Source: Bigelowiella natans CCMP2755
Taxonomy: Eukaryota; Protista; Cercozoa
Direction of reading: 5' to 3'
NCBI GenBank assembly: GCA_000320545.1
Contig: ADNK01000252.1
Coordinates: forward strand, 1-61,936
Length of the DNA: 61,936 bases
Both the position numbers and the translations under genes were made by a program. The notes below the pieces were generated by a model. It was not told the origin of the DNA. It saw nothing but the letters and a program-made list of their open reading frames with translations, and did no database searches. Each line of letters begins with the position of its first letter. The first letter of the stretch is position 1. Positions 54,249 through 61,936 of this stretch are shown piece after piece.

Positions 54249-55840
54249 TCATTGATCACGCTTGCGTTTGACAGCTGAAGGAGTCGATTCTGCTTCATTT
54301 TTCTGTTCATCGTCATCTGCATCGTCCTTTTTGTGCGCATTACAATCATTGTTGTTTCCACCTTCATACTCTTCTCTAATGCTGCTGCGGCGGGCTATCC
54401 GTACGATTTCACGTAGATTCGACTTTCCATCATCTATGATCTGCACAACCTTCGCTTCTAATACACCCGTTCTCTCGACCTATGGTATATTTATTACTAT
54501 CATATAGAATTTTCAGCGGTGTGTACGGAATCAAGACACCAGCCGTATGAACAAATCACTATCTCACATTAGCACCACGATAATATGACCTCTTTTATCA
54601 GGTCAGCTACACCTCCTCCAATACCGAAGTAGTAGCGCTTAGCCGCTACGAGACAAATGCCGTCATCAGCCAAGATCTGTATCAACAGCAATCGTGACTC
54701 GAAGGTGTTTGAAGGAAGACAGCAACGTGAGGACGTCACGGTTTTCAGTCACAAAAAATAGCAACAACTTTTTAGGAGAATATGAATCATAGCTCTGAAG
54801 GGAGGTATCCATCATTGAAGCTTCAAGCTACCATACCACTATTATCACCTTTTGAATGAGCGCTACGAGCCATGGAATCGATTCAAGAGAGTACAGTGTG
54901 TCGGAAGTGAGAACCAGATCCCACCTACCCCCATTTGTCCGCGTCCTTTCACTTATACTATCACGTGTCGTCGGAGCCGTTAGCAAATTTGCAAGTTCGT
55001 TGTCACGCCAATCGCCAGAGAAGAAACGAACCGCCGCTCCAACAGTTTGCAGCTTCCCAAATGTTATTTCCTGGACGTTCTCAAGTACGTTGGGGATAGT
55101 CACGTGCTTAAGAACCTAATAATCATAGGCAATTACGCGGGGAATGGAGAGATGAGATAACGATATTTTATTCGCAACCAATACTAGCACAACATGCACC
55201 CAGTTGTGGATTACCTCTATATTGAGATCTTGAAAGCCAACAAGCTTGGCCCCTCCACGAATGGCTGTGATGCCTAAGCGATGCCGAATAGGGGGGATCG
55301 GAAATAAGTCAGGATAAAGCACAGGGAATATTGCTGCATGTAAACCATAAATTTAGAAGCATGAAAAACGTTTGTTGGTAATTGCTACTTCTAAGCTCAC
55401 GCATTTCCATTTGTGCAATCATAGCGAGGATATCCAAACATGTTTACATAAACCGAATCCGTTCGTAACAAAAAATCTAAATGCATGTTCTGCTGCAGCT
55501 ACATGTGGATTAAGAACCTGGAACTCCATGGCCACAACCAAGGTCGAGTACAGATTTTTCCTTGAAGACGTAGGGGTGAGACCGAAGATGCCTTGCAAGA
55601 TCAATGCTGCATTCCCATAGTTTGAATCCTCCCTCGTACACCGTCGGTTGCAAGTCGCTTTTCAAGATAGGTAAAAAAGGGCACAGATGTTTGGAGTGTG
55701 TACTGTGGGGGGGAGGGATATGTGGGTAGATGGTCGGTCTACATATGTTAGATCGAACCTTTTTGATATGATCTTGTTCAAGTTGGAACTCTTTGCAAGC
55801 TTTGCTTGGTCAAAGATGACCGTTTTCACCGTGCTTTGGA

Positions 55841-55878
<38 letters not shown>

Positions 55879-55880
55879 GT

Positions 55881-55918
<38 letters not shown>

Positions 55919-56571
55919 GTGCGATTGTGTGTAACTACGTCAGGAATCTTATCGAAATTGGAAACGGTTGATTTGTGTTGAAAATCACCGACAGTCAGTA
56001 GGCTGCAGCAAGTATCGTTATAATGATTTATATCAAAATACTATCTTTATTCAAGGATTGTTAGTTGATTAATACATCCCATCGCCGATATTCGCTATGC
56101 TGTATTCGGAGGTGCTAGGGGGCGAGGATGACGACAATGGCACCTTTTATTACAATTATTTGAGAAGTGCATGTGCAACAAAACAACACATAATTGTAAA
56201 TCCAGGTTTTTTGCAGACGACAGTCAGTTCTGGCTACATAGCACTCTTCCTTCCAGCAAGTAGCACATTACCTCATCGCCATCATTTTTCTTCAATTTAT
56301 CCGTAGAGCTATCCTCAGGAAAGACACGCGACGCCTTCACGTTGAACTTTTCGCCGCGACTCATTTTTCCCTCCGAGGCGCTGCCATGTGTTTTTGACGG
56401 CGGTTGCTTGTCAGAGTCGTCTTTCTCTTCCTCTCCCTCCTTATCATCTCCTTCAACGCCAAGTCCAAAATTGAACCTGAACGCCAGAAAGAAGGCGGGG
56501 GGAAAGGTCACCCTTGATCGTTAGGAACGTACAATTCGGCACCTGAAGCCTTCGGAGTCGTCGTCCGCCAT
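54249..56571 (-). CDS. METTL18: Histidine protein methyltransferase 1 homolog (METTL18/Hpm1 family), multi-exon
   Basis: MADDDSEGFR|FNFG..., SDLQPTVYEGGFKLWECSIDL, SAM motif VLDLGCGHGVPG, FQDLNIE|VLKHVTIPNV, FFSGDW, DLVLTSDTLYS, AAKRYYFGIGGG. Confidence 0.88.
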
Positions 56572-57547
56572 TCTCCTCGTGGGCAATACCACGATTCGTA
56601 CCGGTAGTAACGGGGATTCGAAGGGAAATGACTTCTGTCTCTGCTGAATCTAGGCGGTTTTATGTCGTGCGACAACCTAGTCGTTTGGAACACTTCGAAC
56701 GCTCTTTCTCAATGGGGATTGATCCGAGCTTGCAATGCCCGTGCTAGCGTGGGGTGCTTGCACGTGGACAACGTGTAGTTCAATGGCCGATTGCTTTCAC
56801 GCATTTTCGTCATAAGCAAGCTTTCGAGAAACTGGCGCGCGTGGGGATGGGATCTCAGTAAGACTACATAGAAACAGCAGCAATTCTAGAATTCTTGACA
56901 CATTGCTGGGTTTAGAAACATGAAGCCCAGCTCACCCGTCAGAGAGTAGTAGAGTATCGAAGCTGCAGGCTTCGTTTAGCATATCAGCCGGCACTTGTAT
57001 GCAAGCCATATGTGTTGGTAAATTCAGATTTCGCTCTGAGCATAGACAATTACACAGGTATCTAGACATGTATGCACGTTTAGGCGTGTGCACATGCATC
57101 TAGTTCATGCTAGCATGTCTAGATGTAGACATAGCCTATAGCATAACTGACGCCATACTGTGTGCGTTTATAGTCTAGATGGTACTGTATCTAGATATTG
57201 CTATGTGTTTATAGGTAACCTGGCCCTCGCATGCTAGCATGCAACATGCAATCATGCTTTCGCGACAAGTCTGCAAAAGCAGAAAAAGATTAAAAATGTG
57301 CGTAAGCGCATTTGCATTCTCTGATCTGCAAATATCTAGATATCTATCGCGGGCCTGTCCAAGCAAATAGCTTGTTGCTACGCGTAGCTAAACAACAAGT
57401 AATGGAAATAATTTTATTATTCTAAAACACATAGATAATGCTAGAATACTCATTTGATTATTATGTAGCCCACTCACGTGCGCGTGCCACTAAGTACTAC
57501 GAGAGTAAAACATTTTACTAACTATTTGACAGATTGAGGAGTCGAAA

Positions 57548-59467
57548 TTAGCTTGCCGCACTCAGAATTGCAGATGCCCACGCTTCAACCTATGCGTGGG
57601 GATACCACAAGTGTGACAACAAAATTACCAACAATAGAGACGAAATGAACAGGGGACAAAAATAAGAAGATGATAGGGAATATGAAGGAAATGCAAGGGG
57701 TATGACGGAAAAGACGGGGAAAATAGGGATAATGAGGGTGACGACAATGTTTCTGATGTGAGATTTCATCGTAAAAATCACCACCTCGTCGTAGTTGTTT
57801 GCTGCACATATTAACTCAGCGGTGATTTCTCCTGCTCCTTTAATCTCCCTGAGACGGGGATTATTTACTTAAACTTTGATGTTCACTTTCTGGCGACGAA
57901 ATACACTTCATTTCCGCTTTTCATGCTCTTTATGGAATAATCGAGTTTTATTAGTCTTCATCAGCATTATCATAATGCAACACCATCTTTAGCAGCATTC
58001 CCCCACCCCCCCAGCCTAGGTTCTTTTTTGTCTTCTATTTCTTCTTCTTTCTTCTCCTTCAGTATTATCATGGCGCTCTCTTCTGGTGGTTACCCTCGTG
58101 TCGTAGCAGCAACGCCGCCGACTTTGAAGCAATTCGCTCTAATATAGGGAGAGTAAGATGATGATTTCAAACTAAATATTCGTGAAAGAATGCAGTAAAG
58201 ATTGAGCCACTAAATAGAAACACACAAAGCGGTGCAAACCTGTCGTAGTCGTCCGTCGCAAGCAACTGTACAGAGCTTCTACCACTCTCCAGCCTAGGAG
58301 AACACGCGTATACATCACACAGGAGAAAATAATATATGAGCAATGGTACGATATATAACAGTACATTACTTCTGTGCGCGAGTTTGTGTTTGTGTTTAGA
58401 GTTTGTGTGCGCTCCTTGTCATCATCGTTGTCCCATGGTGCATGTAGTAATTCAGACTGACATGATTGCGCATAAGGGTTCTCCTTGGTTGGCCTCCAGT
58501 GTTTGGTGATACTCAAATGACTTCCCTGCCAAACGCAGTGCCGTTATACAAAAACCCCGTCGTAATCATCATGATCATCATCAATCATCATCAATCATCA
58601 TCATCATCATCATACACAGGGAAGGACAGGTAAGTTGTTGCGGTGCCAACTCAAACCTTTCAGGATGAAATAAAATCGCGCCCATTGCAGAGGACCACCA
58701 GAGCCTATGGCCTCGATGGTGCTGCTCATCCTCCTACTGCTGCCGTTGCTAGTGCTGGTGCTACCGCTGTCGGGGGTACGGAGGAGGTAGAGGTACCTGC
58801 AGGAGCAGTACATGCGATGATGATTAGGAGGCCGTCATGATAATGTTTGATGGTGACAACAAAGCTCATGATGCCATCGTGATCTCACGTTTCTTCCCTG
58901 TCGTCATCAATATCAATCCCTCACACACCATCATCACTGCGGCTCTGCGAGACGGTTGTTACCCTTCCATCGTTGAGGCTGTGTGCGACGCGACGATTTT
59001 TTTCTCCAAGCGCGTGACCTGTGCTCCTAAGGTCTGCAGCCATTCCAGCCCCTCCTCTTCGTCGGTTTTTACACCGAGGATATACCTGCGAGAAAGTAGT
59101 GGTTCAAATTGAGGACAAAACCTATCACGGTGTAAAGTAACAATGCTTCCATCCACAGCACTATCACCAACGCCATCATCATCATCATCATCGTCATCAT
59201 CATCATCGTGACTACAAAATGTGCCCTCCCCCCCGCCCCCCTGACCGTCGCTGGGAATTCGCAGGCTGTATGCCAAATTGGTATCTGATATATTCAAGAG
59301 AAAATATTGTTAGGGAGGAGAATTCTTGACAGAGCAGCATCCAAGCTGCAAGGCGATTCGACATGCAGCCGAAAATCTCAGTCAATTTTCGCATCATCTA
59401 CAGAATGGCACCCCATCGTCTCAATGGCCTCGTTGGTTTTTGCGTCTGAGCCTGCATACCAATTGGC

Positions 59468-59500
<33 letters not shown>

Positions 59501-60799
59501 AAAGAATATCAAGCATGCAAAACGTAACTTTTGTTACGACAACATTAATAACGACTATCAACAAGAAGGCAACTTCATTCGCTATGGGGTTTATGTTCGT
59601 ATTATTTCAATGCCATCAGAATAAAATATTAAAGAAGTCGTCTCTCGTAGACAAGGAATCATCGTCCGAATTACACTAACACTACCACTCCTACATAATG
59701 GCTATTATGCCACAAAAACATCACCGCTACTCTTACTGTCCTTTCAACCTACGCTACTAAGAATATATCTATAAACATATACTATGCTCACAGCTAATTT
59801 TATTACTAGATGATGCAAGGCCGAATAACGACTTCACAAATCGCTTCGTGTTTCGTCTGGGAGAGGGGGAGGGGGCAGCATGGGCGCTCGTATTAAGACC
59901 ACCATTACCGCCATTGAAACCTGTAAACCCAGGAGTATTAGCCGCATGGCAAAATGCATTGATGTTAGCATCATCATCATCATTGCTATTCATCGCGTCT
60001 TAGCATTCCCGTTGAAATGGTCTTTACGCGAGATGCATACTACAGCTCGGTTGCAGCGGCAGCGACGCCGCCCACGCCTAATAACTCACTCGCTCCCCTA
60101 GGAGAACTGAGGCGCTTCTTGATTATCTGCTTGAATCCTCCTCCTCCGCTACTTGTGAGCTTCCGCTCTCGGTGAAGCGCCTGCGCTTTCGTCGGTGTGC
60201 CAGGCCGAGAGGATGTCGGCGTGGAGTGCGAGGCTCGCGCTAGGATTTCACACAACTAAACAACCAGCAAGGGGGGGGGGGGGGCGGAGGGCGGGGGCCA
60301 ACAGCAAACGACCGACGGATGGCAGCGAAAGTTGTAGCAGTTGGCAGCGGGAACATCGGAGATGGAAAGGAAAGATTGGACAGCGACACCAGCTGGCAGC
60401 AATGACAATCACGCTCGAATAGATGGGCAAGTATTGCATGCATGACAACATTGGGAGAGGATTCAGATGGCAAGGTCAGCACGCCCATCACCGCAGCCAA
60501 CAGCAACAGCAGCTGCAGTGGTAGTAGTAGTAGTAGTAGTAGTAGTAGTATTACCTGCTTTTCATTATACAGTAGCGCTCCGAGCAGCAGGATCTCGCCT
60601 TTCGGGCTAGATTGGATCGGGGGAGGGGAGGGATTGGGGGGAAGGAATAATAAAGACGAAAAAGGCAGCAGCCATAACACTTCACTTTAGCCACTATTAC
60701 ACCACTAAATGATCTGGCATATAAACATCAACAGCGGCTGCCTGTTTATCAATATACGCCTATGGTGGATTTTCAAAGAATGTATTTCAGCGCGACTAG

Positions 60800-60855
<56 letters not shown>

Positions 60856-61098
60856 TGTGTGTACTTACACACCTGAGGAGCGCATCTGACGTTGTCGGTT
60901 TTTTTTCAAAGTAATGCATGGCCTTCTCGCCGAGTATGAAGTAGCGTTCCCGCCACGCTTTATTGACCTTATTTCGTAACAGTAATACGATAACAGCATT
61001 CTCAGTCTATAGCGATCGATATCCAGCAGTTGTCGCTTTGTTGATTATAATCAGAAGTATATAATATGTTCACACCGCTGCTACAACTAACTAATTAA

Positions 61099-61131
<33 letters not shown>

Positions 61132-61381
61132 CTCTCCGCGCTTGAACAAGTACCCTTCCTTGATGCTGCTATCACCAACGTAACTGTAAGCAGTAGAGAT
61201 GTCATCGTTCGATGTGAACCATTAGAATCAATGATATGTTCTTAGCGATGATGAGTCATTCAGTCGCAGCAATAACCAATAGATTCTACACAAACTCGAG
61301 TCAGTGGAAACACGATTTACACACATCGTAAGACTCGCGTCATGTTCTTTCATAAACAGACTCGACAAGAAGACAGGGAGA

Positions 61382-61417
<36 letters not shown>

Positions 61418-61936
61418 CCGAGCTGCCGTCGTTTATCCGATGAGGGGCGCGGAAGGCTTCTACTCGTATATCATCATCATCATCATCATCCGCAGCAGCA
61501 GCAGCATCAAATCACGACGACAGACAACAGCAGCCATAACAACGTCATATAAAGTGTGAGGAGCAGCCTCATCGCTGTATAGACGAATGTGCTAGTGCTT
61601 CTTATCGGGGGATTGATTTAGCAAATATCATCATGTACGTGCTGTAAAACAGCAGCATCAGGAGGGGGGGGGGGGGGAAGGGGGAGGGGGGAAGAGGAGA
61701 AGGATAAGATTGCCTCGTCGCTTTCAGCAACACCATTTTTAAACCTACCTATTGGAGGTATTTTGCTCCTCCCCCCCCCCGCTATAATCATCTCCCTTGG
61801 GGGGTGCTGTGACGGAGAATAGACGCTCAGCACGCACGTATGAGTCCTGATAACAGAGGGCAGCCCATTTGTCAAATCAGCACCACTCAAAAAAGCAATC
61901 AAGCTCACCAGGAGTGCATCCCTCTTACGTGGTATC
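57548..61936 (-). CDS. Tandem PH-domain protein, 5' part runs off the window end
   Basis: RRYILGVKTDEEEGLEWLQTL (PH C-terminal Trp helix), then MEG|YLYLL...QWARFYFILKG (start of a second PH domain), NCFKV, and LICAANNYDE|VEAWASAILSAAS* (second Trp helix). Stop at 57548-57550. Confidence 0.65.

Overview
Eukaryotic nuclear DNA: intron-dense, standard genetic code, and saturated with microsatellites. It resembles a protist or alga; the lineage cannot be proven from this window. Most entries in the ORF track are microsatellite artefacts, so genes were assembled by hand from exons. Recognisable genes: a SPIRAL1-like microtubule protein, a Zn2Cys6+PAS transcription factor, an ankyrin-repeat gene (probably the 5' end of a ~17 kb unknown gene), an acyltransferase-3/TraX-like membrane protein, intronless DDX41/Abstrakt, a 21-exon thiolase ending in SKL, the AP-1 mu subunit, meiotic MSH4, the METTL18/Hpm1 histidine methyltransferase and a tandem-PH-domain protein. 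The most striking signal is non-genic. A ~1.9 kb block (38951-40865) holding a decayed Polinton/virophage-type rve integrase has lost almost all TpA dinucleotides (5 by my manual count). Expected Tyr codons read as His/Cys, which points to targeted TpA->TpG/CpA (A:T->G:C) hypermutation, the opposite direction to fungal RIP. Two other intergenic blocks show the same depletion. This looks like a repeat-directed genome-defence or editing process; its novelty has not been checked against the literature.
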